In this document: positions 37,665 through 47,696 of the stretch, one piece after another
Numbering within the stretch: the stretch's first letter is position 1
How the letters are laid out: each line of letters starts with the position of its first letter
Source of the DNA: an uncultured Poribacteria bacterium
Lineage (GTDB): Bacteria > Poribacteria > WGA-4E > WGA-3G
DNA: 64,000 bases
Direction of reading: 5' to 3'
Assembly: GCA_958296135.2 (NCBI GenBank)
Contig: CATQHZ020000001.1
Span: forward strand, 3,136,001 to 3,200,000
Translations under genes and position numbers: made by a program
The notes under the pieces: generated by a model
What the model saw: the letters and a program-made list of their open reading frames with translations, nothing else
What the model was told of the DNA's origin: nothing
Databases searched by the model: none

Positions 37665-38552
37665 ATGAAATTGAAACGTAAAACCACTAACTGTTGGATG
37701 CAAATCGGGCTCGCTTTCGTGCTGCTCAGCCTTAGCGTTACATCCCTTGCAGCGTTGCCGCCTGTCATCGTCAATGAGAATGATGGCGGGGAGATGGTGC
37801 TGATTCCGGCGGGTTCTTATCTCATGGGCAGCACACCGGCACAGACCGCGGTGCTGGTGGCGAAGGACGCGCGGCTCTCCCCCGATTTTTTCCACGCCGA
37901 AATTCCGCAGCACTCGCTAGAGCTCTCGGCATTCTACATCGACCGGTATCCGGTGACGAACGCGCAGTATGCGGCTTTTATGGCGGCGACCGGGCATCCT
38001 GCGCCGAAATATTGGACGCACGCGCCGCAGATGGGAGCGGAGGAACCGTTTCCGGTCGGTTCGCTGCACGGCGGACATCCAGTTGTCGGTGTCTCTTACG
38101 CCGATGCCCTGGCATATTGCAAATGGGCAGGGAAACGGCTGCCGATGGAGGCGGAATGGGAGAAAGCGGCGCGCGGCGGACTCGTCAATCAGCAGTATCC
38201 GTGGGGCAATGAACCCTCCCGCGCCCACGCCAACACCGCCGGCATCTGGGGAAAAGATAGGTGGCATTGGACAGCGGTTGTCGGCAGCTTCCTTCCGAAC
38301 GCCTACGGCTTACACGATATGGCGGGCAACGTGTTTGAATGGTGCGCCGATTGGTATGCCGCCGATTACTATCAGCGGAGCCCGGCTCAGAATCCGCAGG
38401 GCCCCGAAACGGGCCAGACGCGCGTCTTGCGCGGCGGCTCATGGAGCAACAATATCCTCGGCATTTATCAGATGCGGTGTGCTTATCGGTTCCACGCGCG
38501 TCCTGATACTCGCAACCTGATTATCGGTTTTCGGTGTGCTGCCACGCCGTAA
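37665..38552 (+). CDS. FGE-sulfatase (SUMF1-like) domain protein
   Basis: VTNAQY, RLPMEAEWEKAARGG, DMAGNVFEW, RGGSW and GFRCA. Confidence 0.92.
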   Translation: MKLKRKTTNCWMQIGLAFVLLSLSVTSLAALPPVIVNENDGGEMVLIPAGSYLMGSTPAQTAVLVAKDARLSPDFFHAEIPQHSLELSAFYIDRYPVTNAQYAAFMAATGHPAPKYWTHAPQMGAEEPFPVGSLHGGHPVVGVSYADALAYCKWAGKRLPMEAEWEKAARGGLVNQQYPWGNEPSRAHANTAGIWGKDRWHWTAVVGSFLPNAYGLHDMAGNVFEWCADWYAADYYQRSPAQNPQGPETGQTRVLRGGSWSNNILGIYQMRCAYRFHARPDTRNLIIGFRCAATP

Positions 38553-38640
38553 CCCGCAATGCACCTCTGTCGTTCGGGCTCGTCTAAGCCCGAACGAATC
38601 AAAATCAGATGAAGCGGGCGGAGATGCACGACATCCACGC

Positions 38641-40275
38641 TTACAGCCCCATTAATTCATCAACTCCCTCCACAACTTTCAAAAACCGATTCGCCTGCAC
38701 ATCCGCAAATCGCTGCACGGTGCCGCTCGGCCATCGAATCTCTAGTGCGACGTTGTCCCGTCTGCCGAGCCCGAAATGCACGCGCATGTCGTTTTGGGAC
38801 AGATAACTTGAGCCGCTCCGAACCTCTCGCACTTGGCGTTGCTCGCCAGCGGTGAGTAGGACGCGCGCGCCGATCGCGGCGCCACTCAGCGTGAGGGTTA
38901 ACCAATTCCCCGCGCGGTCCCCGCCTTCGTTCCGCAGCATATCCACACCTTCTCCAACGTTTGAGACGACGATATCCAGATCGCCGTCGTTATCCAGATC
39001 GCCCACTGCACTGCCGCGACTGGAACGAATCAACGCCAACCCAGAACCGCTCTCCTCGGCGACATCGATGAACGTGCCATCGCCTTTGTTCCAGAAGAGG
39101 TGGTTTCGCTGCGCATACGTCGTTGAGCTATCGATGAGCGTGACGTTGTCGTGGATATGTCCGTTCGCGACGAAGATATCCTGAAACCCATCCTGGTCAA
39201 AGTCAAAGAAATTCACACCCCATGCTAAATAGGGGCGGCTGACGGTTCCAGTGCGCGAGGCATCCGTTCTGTCTGTGAAGAACCCATCGCTGTCATTGTG
39301 ATAGAGCGTGTTGGTTTGGTGCTGGAAGTTGGTAACCCCGAGGTCCAGGCGCGTGTCGTTATCGTAATCACCGAAGGCGACACCCATGCCGTTTTCAACC
39401 AATCCATGCTCGCTGAGCGCGACCCCGGCGAGTTGGCTCTGCTCCTGAAACCTGCCGGTCCCGTCGTTGATATAGAGGAAATTCGCATCCGCGTCGTTGG
39501 CGACGTAAAGGTCTGCATCGCCATCGTCGTCGACATCGCCGAAGGTTACGCCGAGGCCGCGCGCCGCAAAAGTGCCGAACCCGGCCTCATGCGTCGCCTC
39601 GGTAAACGTGCCATCGCCGTTATTGCGGAAGAAAACGTCTTTCACGCCGTCATACGCACGCGGACTGCAGTAGACTAGAATGCCGTTAACCCGGCACGGC
39701 GTATGCGTCTCCACTGAAAATGTGACGTAGTTCGCGACGTAGAGCTCTAGGGTGCCGTCCGCGTCCACGTCTGCGAAGGCACAGCCCGCGCTCCACGCCG
39801 GTACATCAACGCCTGCCGCTGCTGTTGTGTCTGTGAAAGTGCCATCGCCATTATTCCGATAAAGCACGTTCGGCCCGAAGTTCGTCACGTAAATATCCAA
39901 CCATCCGTCGTTATCGTAATCGCCTGCGCAGACACCTACCCCGTAGCCGCGGTGTCCTACCCTGCTTGCTTTGGTAACATCAACAAATTGCCAGTTTCCA
40001 TCGTTGCGGTAGAGGCGATTCATCGCGCCGGTATTGGCAGCATCCAAGTCCGCGCCGTTGACGAGGTAGATATCGATATCGTTGTCGTTATCGTAATCAA
40101 ACAGCGCAACCCCGGAGCCAAGCGTTTCGACGAAATACTTTTTGTAGCCGCGTCCATCTTCGTGCCTGAAGTTAACGCCGCTTTGCGCGGTTGCGTCTGT
40201 GAATGTGACAGCCGGTTGCGCGTGCGCAGGGGAGATAATGAGAAAGATGGAGAAGAATAGGTGTGCGATTTTCAT
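38641..40275 (-). CDS. CRTAC1-family FG-GAP / ASPIC-UnbV protein
   Basis: Repeated DYDNDGxxD motifs, and GSSYLSQND..VHFGLG, IRWPSG. Confidence 0.92.
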   Translation of the reverse strand: MKIAHLFFSIFLIISPAHAQPAVTFTDATAQSGVNFRHEDGRGYKKYFVETLGSGVALFDYDNDNDIDIYLVNGADLDAANTGAMNRLYRNDGNWQFVDVTKASRVGHRGYGVGVCAGDYDNDGWLDIYVTNFGPNVLYRNNGDGTFTDTTAAAGVDVPAWSAGCAFADVDADGTLELYVANYVTFSVETHTPCRVNGILVYCSPRAYDGVKDVFFRNNGDGTFTEATHEAGFGTFAARGLGVTFGDVDDDGDADLYVANDADANFLYINDGTGRFQEQSQLAGVALSEHGLVENGMGVAFGDYDNDTRLDLGVTNFQHQTNTLYHNDSDGFFTDRTDASRTGTVSRPYLAWGVNFFDFDQDGFQDIFVANGHIHDNVTLIDSSTTYAQRNHLFWNKGDGTFIDVAEESGSGLALIRSSRGSAVGDLDNDGDLDIVVSNVGEGVDMLRNEGGDRAGNWLTLTLSGAAIGARVLLTAGEQRQVREVRSGSSYLSQNDMRVHFGLGRRDNVALEIRWPSGTVQRFADVQANRFLKVVEGVDELMGL

Positions 40276-43200
40276 AGGAGCGTTTCTGGCAATCCTTCCA
40301 CAATCTTCACTGTCTCTAAACTCACGGTAATCACCGAGCCGATGAGTTCAACGATATACCGCGGCCGCGCTGCATCGCTCGGGTCGTTGACGATGCCGCT
40401 GCGATTTTTATCTACCTTCACCTGATACTGCTCGATCACCCACTCCAACGCCGAACGGTTCCCCAACCGATACGCAAACGCCGCCGCCGGAATGTCTGCC
40501 AACGTGAGAAACTCGTTGTATTTCAACTGCGTTTTGTCTTTGGATAACCGCATCCGTTCCACGCGTAAGTCAAGCTGCGCGTCGGGTTTGCTGATGAACT
40601 TGAGCGAATATTGCGGCTGTGTCTCGTAATTGACGTGCAGTTCGGCGAGTTGCGCGCCGGCGTTCGCGAATGCCCAGAAATCCTCCGCATAGGGAATATG
40701 CGGCAGATCGAGCCGCAGATCAGCGGCGTAACGTTCGCGGTATGCGGGATGATGCAGGAGCCCATAGGTATAGTTGAAAATATCCCACTTCGTGATAGTG
40801 TCGTCGCCGTACTGCGCACGGAAGTTTTGCAAAGCCCAGTCGGTGATGTTTTCTCGGCGGTTTGTGCCATCTTTGTCGTAGACATAGAAGGGGAAGCACT
40901 GGGAATCACCGGTAAGATGCACATCCGGGATAACGGAGGCCATCAACGTGTGAAAAGGTTTGTTCGCGCCTCTCGCACTGACGCAAATCACCCGATTTTC
41001 TGTTTCAGTGTCAGGTGTCGGAAAGATAACCGGGAACTGCCCAGGTCTGTCGGTAAGAAGCCTATCAAAAAAGAGTCCCGTTTTGGTGAAAGGACGATAG
41101 AGACACTGCCGGCGTTTGGATGCATCAAATTCCACCGTGCGCCCGCCCTCCAAGTGCCGTTTTAACGTTGAACTCCACTTAATTTTCTTCTCATCGTTAT
41201 TGACAAACCTATCAACGTCAACGCTAGATTTGTCCTCCTGTGCTTTCCACCGAATGACATGCTCGTTATAGACATCGCTCATGCGCCGCATATTTTCGGC
41301 GAGGGTGTCTCGGTTGAAGTTGCAAGCCCATGCATCGCGCCCGGTCATGACACCGGGGCTGTAGGTGTGAAAAATGGCACCTTTTGGCTCGCTTTTCATC
41401 TGCTTTGTTGCCTTGCTCCCTATTGGCGTGAATGTTGAAAATTCGCGGTTGAGGCCTTGAGTGAGCCACGTATGCCGCGCGTCGGGTTGGAGCGTTTCCC
41501 ACGAGACGTTGCCGATGTGTTCGGATTCGCGGAGGAATGTGAACTTCCGGTCTTTGTTCCATGTGTCATCGGTGCGGTAGTAGAAAAGGCGTGCAGGAAG
41601 AGTCGAGACCGGGAGGTCTCTCCTACGGGGAGGTGTCGGGACCGGGAGGTCTCTCCTACGGGGAGGTGTCGAGACCGGGAGGTCTCTCCTACGGGGGTTT
41701 TTGACGAAGATGTTGATGCTTACGCCGACGCGGATGCCGAAGACATTGGCATCGGATACGAGTGCGTCTTTGCGCGCGTTTCCGCCGAGGTCGAGGAGAT
41801 AGAGCGCGTCAAACTCTTCGGCGAGGTGCTGCCGCATGCCATCAAATGAGATACCGTGCAGGAAACTGCTGTTCGTGATAACGGCGACAACTCCCTCTTC
41901 GCCGATTCTATCCGATGCCCAGCGGAGTGCTTTGACATAAGGGTCATAAAGTGAACGCCGCAGGGTTGCTGTGGAATCCTTCACATACGTCCCCTCAATC
42001 CGGGCATCCATCGCGGGATATTTGCGATTCTTGTTGTTATCGTTCTCATTGACTTGCCCGGCATTGTAAGGCGGGTTGCCGATGACGACGAACATCGGCG
42101 CGGTTTTCTGTTTCTCAACCCGCGCCGTATTTTCTGCTGTTAAGAGCGACAACTGCCGGTCTTCCGCCAGATCGAACGTATCCACGAGGGAGATGCCTTC
42201 AAACGGGAGATAGGTGCCGGTGGCGGCGTAAAACTCGTGTTCAATGTTGAGACTTGCAATGTAGTAGGGTAGCAACAACACCTCGTTGCACCACAACTCT
42301 GAACGGTATTTCGCTTCCAGTTTGAACTTGTCAATTTCGCGAATCAGGCGGACAATGAAGTTGCCGGTGCCGACGAAGGGATCGATGATATGAACGCCTT
42401 CGTCGGAGAGGGAGCGACTGAACTCGGTTTGGAGCAGGTAGTCCACGCTTTTTACCATGAAATCCACAATCGGTTGCGGGGTGTAGACGATGCCGTGTGT
42501 ATCGGCAACGTCGGCGGAGGAGCCTTGGAAGAACTGCTCATAGACGGTATTGAGGAAGTGCTGCTTCTGCGAGAAATCGATGAGCGTTGCTGCTTGGCGT
42601 TCGATTTCGCGATAGAACCGGTCGAGGCTTTGGAGGAACTCCCCTCGGCTAAACGCCTGCGATGCGAGTGCATCGATGACGTTCTCGATTTCGCGTGCGA
42701 TGATATTGCGCCGCGTGAAATCGGGATTGTTAAAGACGGTGCGGAAGGTGCGTTCTGTCAAGAGGTGCTGGATGAGCATTTTCTCCACCGCCGCTTTGGA
42801 GAGGTTCGGGTTAATGGAGGTCTGGCAGAGTTGATGGAAGTCGGCGAACGCCTTGCAGAATTGCGGGTTAGTTTCGTGCTGCGTCTGGATGAGGTGTTCT
42901 ACCTCGCGTTCCAGTTCCGGCACGAGGGTTCTGAATTCGGCGACGGCGGCTTCCCATTCGGCGGCGTTTTCGCGTTCATAGCCGAAGAAGAGCTGTAAAA
43001 CAGCGACGAGTGTTGTCGGATCTGTGATGTCCGCGTCCAGCACTTGCTTTCCGTTCTGATAGAGAATGGCGCGTTCGGGTGTTTGGAAGAGGATGTTGTC
43101 CTGTGGGTAGCCGGCATCAAACTTGGTTTGGATTTCGGCGCGGAGGTTCCCGTGAACCCCTTTTGCCTCCCACGTGCCGCGCGGTAACCGGTGCCGGTCG

Positions 43201-43421
43201 AACAGCATGCCGTCTAAACGGATGGAATTTCTGCTGGGAATGCGGAGCGTCTGTTCACAGATGAGCGTCCAGTCTACCTGTCGTGCGCAGGTTTCCAGCA
43301 GTGTTTGGAAGGCGGCGCGGACGGCGGTTTCGTGCGTGGCGTGCTGGTGTTGGTATTCGTCCAGCGCGGTGTAGTAAGTGGTTATGGATTTGTGGGTTGG
43401 TTTGAGAGTGAGTCTTGGCAT
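40272..43421 (-). CDS. Single-chain restriction-modification enzyme (N6-adenine MTase, type IIG/ISP-like, no helicase seen)
   Basis: N-terminal D..EAK nuclease-like motif, GIVYTP, IIDPFVGTGNF, GNPPY and an ISP-type C-terminal domain (YRPF, GNRSALEWVIEQY, VSLET). Confidence 0.88.
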   Translation of the reverse strand: MPRLTLKPTHKSITTYYTALDEYQHQHATHETAVRAAFQTLLETCARQVDWTLICEQTLRIPSRNSIRLDGMLFDRHRLPRGTWEAKGVHGNLRAEIQTKFDAGYPQDNILFQTPERAILYQNGKQVLDADITDPTTLVAVLQLFFGYERENAAEWEAAVAEFRTLVPELEREVEHLIQTQHETNPQFCKAFADFHQLCQTSINPNLSKAAVEKMLIQHLLTERTFRTVFNNPDFTRRNIIAREIENVIDALASQAFSRGEFLQSLDRFYREIERQAATLIDFSQKQHFLNTVYEQFFQGSSADVADTHGIVYTPQPIVDFMVKSVDYLLQTEFSRSLSDEGVHIIDPFVGTGNFIVRLIREIDKFKLEAKYRSELWCNEVLLLPYYIASLNIEHEFYAATGTYLPFEGISLVDTFDLAEDRQLSLLTAENTARVEKQKTAPMFVVIGNPPYNAGQVNENDNNKNRKYPAMDARIEGTYVKDSTATLRRSLYDPYVKALRWASDRIGEEGVVAVITNSSFLHGISFDGMRQHLAEEFDALYLLDLGGNARKDALVSDANVFGIRVGVSINIFVKNPRRRDLPVSTPPRRRDLPVPTPPRRRDLPVSTLPARLFYYRTDDTWNKDRKFTFLRESEHIGNVSWETLQPDARHTWLTQGLNREFSTFTPIGSKATKQMKSEPKGAIFHTYSPGVMTGRDAWACNFNRDTLAENMRRMSDVYNEHVIRWKAQEDKSSVDVDRFVNNDEKKIKWSSTLKRHLEGGRTVEFDASKRRQCLYRPFTKTGLFFDRLLTDRPGQFPVIFPTPDTETENRVICVSARGANKPFHTLMASVIPDVHLTGDSQCFPFYVYDKDGTNRRENITDWALQNFRAQYGDDTITKWDIFNYTYGLLHHPAYRERYAADLRLDLPHIPYAEDFWAFANAGAQLAELHVNYETQPQYSLKFISKPDAQLDLRVERMRLSKDKTQLKYNEFLTLADIPAAAFAYRLGNRSALEWVIEQYQVKVDKNRSGIVNDPSDAARPRYIVELIGSVITVSLETVKIVEGLPETLL
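41602..41696. repeat. 33-bp tandem REP-like repeat (x3) inside the R-M gene
   Basis: Unit gtcgagaccgggaggtctctcctacggggaggt encodes (P)PRRRDLPV(S/P)T three times. Confidence 0.95.
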
Positions 43422-44182
43422 TATTCCTCCTGTGCATCGTTGGGGAGTTGGAGCACGGTGCGGATTGCGGTGCGGACTTCATTGCAGACACGCACTGCAT
43501 GCTCAGCATCCGCTGCTGTCACGAAAATCTCATAGCGGACATCTACGGCATGCGGTTTGAATTTGGCGAAGTCAGTTTGCCATGCGCGCCACTCGGGATG
43601 CGTCGGTACAATCAAATTCAACAACGCGTTGAGATTGTGTGTTCGCGGCACACGCAGATTCGCCTCCTGCAGCCACGCCTTGAGGTATTTCTCGACACAC
43701 TGCTGCGCGTGGAAACAAATCTGATCATGTATATCTGGTGCCGAAATCTGCTGCCCTGCCTTCATCATCAAATGATCGGTTTCAGCTTTCCGGGCTCGCT
43801 CTAATGTCAACGGGTTGATAATTCCTGTCTTCTCCCAAATGGGCACCAAAGTATCCTCGGCGAGTGCCAGCGGCGGCAGTACCGCCGTATCGTAAAGCAC
43901 GTCACCTTTTTCGAGCACTTCGCGCAGAAACCAGTCGTTATGCGCCACGCGATAGGCGATGTTTTCCGGGCACCAGACATGTAAATCAAGGTGAAAGCGG
44001 CGCGGGATGCGTTCTTGTATTTCCCATGCTTGCTGCTGCGGCTCCATGACAACGAGCAGATCTACATCCGATGCTTCTGTCGGCTTGCCATACGCGTAGG
44101 AGCCGAAGAGGATTACCTGCAGGGGCGCGAATTCGCGGACGATGTCATCGCAGGTAGCTTGAATCTGTTTTGCGGAAATCAT
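43421..44182 (-). CDS. Fused MNT-HEPN protein, copy C
   Basis: FGSYAYGKPTEASDVD, CFHAQQCVEKYLK, RTHNL and HAVDVRY. Its stop overlaps the R-M start (TAATG). Confidence 0.88.
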   Translation of the reverse strand: MISAKQIQATCDDIVREFAPLQVILFGSYAYGKPTEASDVDLLVVMEPQQQAWEIQERIPRRFHLDLHVWCPENIAYRVAHNDWFLREVLEKGDVLYDTAVLPPLALAEDTLVPIWEKTGIINPLTLERARKAETDHLMMKAGQQISAPDIHDQICFHAQQCVEKYLKAWLQEANLRVPRTHNLNALLNLIVPTHPEWRAWQTDFAKFKPHAVDVRYEIFVTAADAEHAVRVCNEVRTAIRTVLQLPNDAQEE

Positions 44183-44964
44183 GAGTTTATGCCTTCGTTG
44201 TTTGGGAGTTGCAGCGTGGCGCGGATTTCGGTGCGGACTTCGGTGCAGACGCGTACAGCATGCTCAACGTCCTCTGTCGTCGCGTAATAGGTTTCATAAC
44301 GGACATCCACGGCGTGTTTCTTGAATTGTGCGAAGTCAGTTTGCCATGCGCGCCACTCGGGATGCGTCGGCACAATCAAATCCAACAACTCACTCAAATC
44401 GTGCGTCTGTGGCACACGCAGGTTCGCCTCCTGCAGCCACGCCTTGAGGTATTTTTCGACACACTGCTGCGCGTGGAAACAGACTAAGTCATAAAGTTCG
44501 GGTGTCAATGCCTGCTGAAACACCTTGATTCCGGCCCAGTCGGTTTCGGCTGTCCGCACCTTTTCCAATGTCAAGGGATTGATAACCCCGTTATTGTCCC
44601 AAATGGGCACCAAAGTATCCTCGGCGAGTGCCAGCGGCGGCAAGGCTGCTTCTGTATCGTAAAGCACATCGCCTTTTTCGAGCACCTCGCGCAGGAACCA
44701 GTCGTTGTGCGAGACGCGATACGCAATGTCCTCCCGCGAGCGAACCTGCAAATCCAGGTCGAAGCGTTTGGGGATGCGTTGTTGCATCTCCCATTTTTGC
44801 TGCCACGTCTCCGATTTCAGAATATCCATGACAACGAGCAGATCTACATCGGAGTCTTCTGTCGGTGTGCCATAGGCGTAGGAGCCGAAGAGGATTACCT
44901 GCAGGGGCGCGAATTCACGGACGATGTCATCGCAGGTAGTTTGGATTTCTTTTGCGGAGATCAT
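44179..44964 (-). CDS. Fused MNT-HEPN protein, copy D
   Basis: Same motifs as copy C, with ATGA overlaps on both sides. Confidence 0.88.
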   Translation of the reverse strand: MISAKEIQTTCDDIVREFAPLQVILFGSYAYGTPTEDSDVDLLVVMDILKSETWQQKWEMQQRIPKRFDLDLQVRSREDIAYRVSHNDWFLREVLEKGDVLYDTEAALPPLALAEDTLVPIWDNNGVINPLTLEKVRTAETDWAGIKVFQQALTPELYDLVCFHAQQCVEKYLKAWLQEANLRVPQTHDLSELLDLIVPTHPEWRAWQTDFAQFKKHAVDVRYETYYATTEDVEHAVRVCTEVRTEIRATLQLPNNEGINS

Positions 44965-45758
44965 GAGTTTATGCCTTCGTTGTTCGGGAGTTGCAGCGTG
45001 GCGCGGATTTTGGTGCGGATTTCGGTGCAGACGCGTAAAGCATGTTCAACGTCCTCTGTCGTCGCGTAATAGTTCTCATAACGGACATCCACGGCGTGTT
45101 TCTCAAACTGCGCGAAGTCAGTTTGCCACGCGCGCCACTCCGGTTGCGATGGAACAATCTGGTTCAACAATCTGTTCAAATCGTGCGTCCGTGGCACACG
45201 CAGATTCGCCTCCTGCAGCCACGCCTTAAGGTATTTCTCGACACACTGCTGCGCGTGGAAACAAATCTGATCGCGGAGTGGCCTGGGTGCCTGATGCACC
45301 AGTGTCAGCATCGTATCCCAATCATCCTCAGCATTCTGCACCCTCTCTTGTGTCAATGGATTTATAGCACCTGTTTCCTCCCAGACCGGCACCAAAGCAT
45401 CCTCGGCGAGTGCCAGCGGCGGCAATGCGCCTTCCGTGTTATAAAGCACGTCGCCTTTTTCGAGCACCTCGCGCAGGAACCAGTCGTTGTGCGAGAAACG
45501 ATACGCAATGTCCGCCGGGGAGCGAACGTGCAAATCCAGGTCGAAGCGTTTGGGGATGCGTTGTTGCATCTCCCATTTTTGCTGCCACGTCTCCGATTTC
45601 AGAATATCCATCACGACAAGCAGATCGACATCGGAGTCTTCTGTCGGCGCGCCATAGGCGTAAGAGCCGAAAAGGATTACCTGCAGGGGCGCGAATTCGC
45701 GGACGATGTCATCGCAGATGGCTTGAATCTGTTTTGCGGAAATCATGAGTTTGTGCAT
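44961..45758 (-). CDS. Fused MNT-HEPN protein, copy E (start may be 45746)
   Basis: Same motifs. First gene after the promoter at 45780-45809. Confidence 0.88.
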   Translation of the reverse strand: MHKLMISAKQIQAICDDIVREFAPLQVILFGSYAYGAPTEDSDVDLLVVMDILKSETWQQKWEMQQRIPKRFDLDLHVRSPADIAYRFSHNDWFLREVLEKGDVLYNTEGALPPLALAEDALVPVWEETGAINPLTQERVQNAEDDWDTMLTLVHQAPRPLRDQICFHAQQCVEKYLKAWLQEANLRVPRTHDLNRLLNQIVPSQPEWRAWQTDFAQFEKHAVDVRYENYYATTEDVEHALRVCTEIRTKIRATLQLPNNEGINS

Positions 45759-45779
45759 CCGTTTTTAGGTTTTGATTTT

Positions 45780-45809
45780 AGTATAGCATGCAAAGGTGGG
45801 AAATGTCAA
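45780..45809 (-). promoter_or_regulatory. Sigma70 promoter TTGACA-N18-TATACT with extended -10
   Basis: Reverse complement reads TTGACAtttcccacctttgcatgcTATACT, the same architecture as the promoter of copies A and B. Confidence 0.7.
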
Positions 45810-45875
45810 GACGTTTTGCAATAAAACGATTTTCGTGGTAAACTGGCACAAAATCGCCTTTGGATAGGAAGAACG

Positions 45876-47696
45876 ATGCGCCAATCTCAACACCTTATCT
45901 GGATATGTCTGCTTCTCATCCTTCTCTGCACTTTCACTGTGCGCGGCGATGAGGTGATGTCCCTCTTTGCGCGGGGTATCCAAGAATTAAACGCAGGGCG
46001 GCTGGATGCCGCCCTAGAAACGTTCAAGCAGGTGACGACAACCGCACCGGATTTTGCGGATGGGCACTATCACCTAGGGCTAGTCTATTATGAGAAGGGA
46101 CAATTCGGAGCGGCGGCTGCGGCGTTTGAGCAGACTTTGAAATTCCTGCCTCGCGATGTGGAGGCACTGATTCATTTGGGGTTGGCCTGCTACAAGGCGG
46201 CTGGCGCGGGACAGTCCCTCGCCCTACGCGATGTTGGAATTGCGTCGGGGGCGCGGCAGGCGGTAAAGGCATATCGAACTGCGCTTGAAATTCAGCCGCA
46301 TAACGTGAAAGCACTCAATAACCTTGGGCTTGCTTACCAAGCACTAGGACAGTTTGACGAGGCGATTACCGCTTATCAGGAGGCGTTGCTGCTCAGTCCG
46401 CACTTGCGCGAGGTGGCGGCAAACCTCGCGACCGCGCGTGATTTGCAGCGTGGCACCTATTCGCTTGCTGCCTATAAGCACTATCGCACTGGGATGCAAT
46501 TGAAGCGCGCGGGCAACAGCGAGGCGGCTGTCGCCGCGTGGAAACAGGCGATTGGCGAGAGTCCGCGCTATCTACAAGCACACCTCCAATTGGCGGAATC
46601 TTATTTTGAGGGAGGTGCATACGAGCGGGCTATTTCGGCTTACCTATCGGCACTTGAGTTGCGTCCGGATGCGGCAGACATCTTCTACAATCTCGGCAAC
46701 AGTTATCTCTATACGGGGAAGTTGGAATCGGCGGTTGCGGCGTATCAGCGCGCCGTCGAGATACACCCGAAGATGGCATCCGCTTGGGCGAATATGGGGA
46801 CGGTGCTTCTGGAATTAGAACGTATTGATGCCGCCATTGCGGCGTGTGAAAAGGCTTTGGAAATTGTCCCTGCCGCGCGCCAGATTCAAGCCACGCTTAC
46901 CACCGCGCAAGGCATTAAATCGGGACAATGGACGACGCAGGCGTATCGCTTGTGGCAGCGCGGGATTGCGGCTGCAAACCGCGGCGATACGCAAACAGCA
47001 ATTGCATTGTGGAGACAGGCGGTTGCGCTGAGCCCGAACTACGCCCAAGCGCATGAGAGTTTGGGATGGACTTACTTCACTCTCCAGCGGTTTGACGATG
47101 CTGTCCAAGCATGTCAAGCGGCGCAGACCTCTTTCGCCGTGCAGCTCATCACCTTCGCGCGCGAACTGAAGGCAGGAAAGTATCCGTTCAGAGCCTATCA
47201 ACTCTGGGAACAAGGGAGGCGCGCTAGTGCCGCGGGCGAATTGGAACAGGCGGTTGCCTATCTTTCACAAGCGATTGCGGAAGGCCCGGCATTTGTTGAG
47301 GCACATAATACGCTAGCATGGCTCTACGCCGATAAGTTGGGGACGAACTTAGCAGCGGCGGAAAAACTGGCGCGCCGTGCGATTTTGTTATCTGGCGGGA
47401 CAGATATGCCCGGCCGCCCGCATCTGCATCACACACTTGGATGGGTTCTTTACAAGCAGGGACGCTACGCGGAAGCACTCAACGCCTTTGAGGAGGCCCT
47501 GCGCCATTCTCCGAACAACGCGGCATACCTGTATCACGCCAGTTTGGCGGCACTGAAAAACAGTCGCCCGCCGCAAGCGTTGGCCTACCTCGCGCAAGCG
47601 ATTGCAGAAGATGCGCGATGGGTAGAGACTGCGCGAACGCAACGGGAGTTTGATGCTATTCGTTGGATGCCGCGGTTTCGCGCGCTTATTCCATAA
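45876..47696 (+). CDS. Exported tetratricopeptide repeat protein
   Basis: Signal peptide and many TPRs (ALNNLGLAY, FYNLGNSY, TLGWVLYKQGRY). Confidence 0.9.
   Translation: MRQSQHLIWICLLLILLCTFTVRGDEVMSLFARGIQELNAGRLDAALETFKQVTTTAPDFADGHYHLGLVYYEKGQFGAAAAAFEQTLKFLPRDVEALIHLGLACYKAAGAGQSLALRDVGIASGARQAVKAYRTALEIQPHNVKALNNLGLAYQALGQFDEAITAYQEALLLSPHLREVAANLATARDLQRGTYSLAAYKHYRTGMQLKRAGNSEAAVAAWKQAIGESPRYLQAHLQLAESYFEGGAYERAISAYLSALELRPDAADIFYNLGNSYLYTGKLESAVAAYQRAVEIHPKMASAWANMGTVLLELERIDAAIAACEKALEIVPAARQIQATLTTAQGIKSGQWTTQAYRLWQRGIAAANRGDTQTAIALWRQAVALSPNYAQAHESLGWTYFTLQRFDDAVQACQAAQTSFAVQLITFARELKAGKYPFRAYQLWEQGRRASAAGELEQAVAYLSQAIAEGPAFVEAHNTLAWLYADKLGTNLAAAEKLARRAILLSGGTDMPGRPHLHHTLGWVLYKQGRYAEALNAFEEALRHSPNNAAYLYHASLAALKNSRPPQALAYLAQAIAEDARWVETARTQREFDAIRWMPRFRALIP

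Noticed and set aside
40272-45809. Integrated mobile element or prophage carrying the defence genes
   Set aside because: No integrase, transposase, att-like direct repeats or phage genes are visible.
45843-45860. Possible sigma54 promoter TGGCAC upstream of the TPR gene (also ~62582-62597)
   Set aside because: The -12 TTGC element is absent or poor, and the second site is equally explained as a sigma70 promoter.
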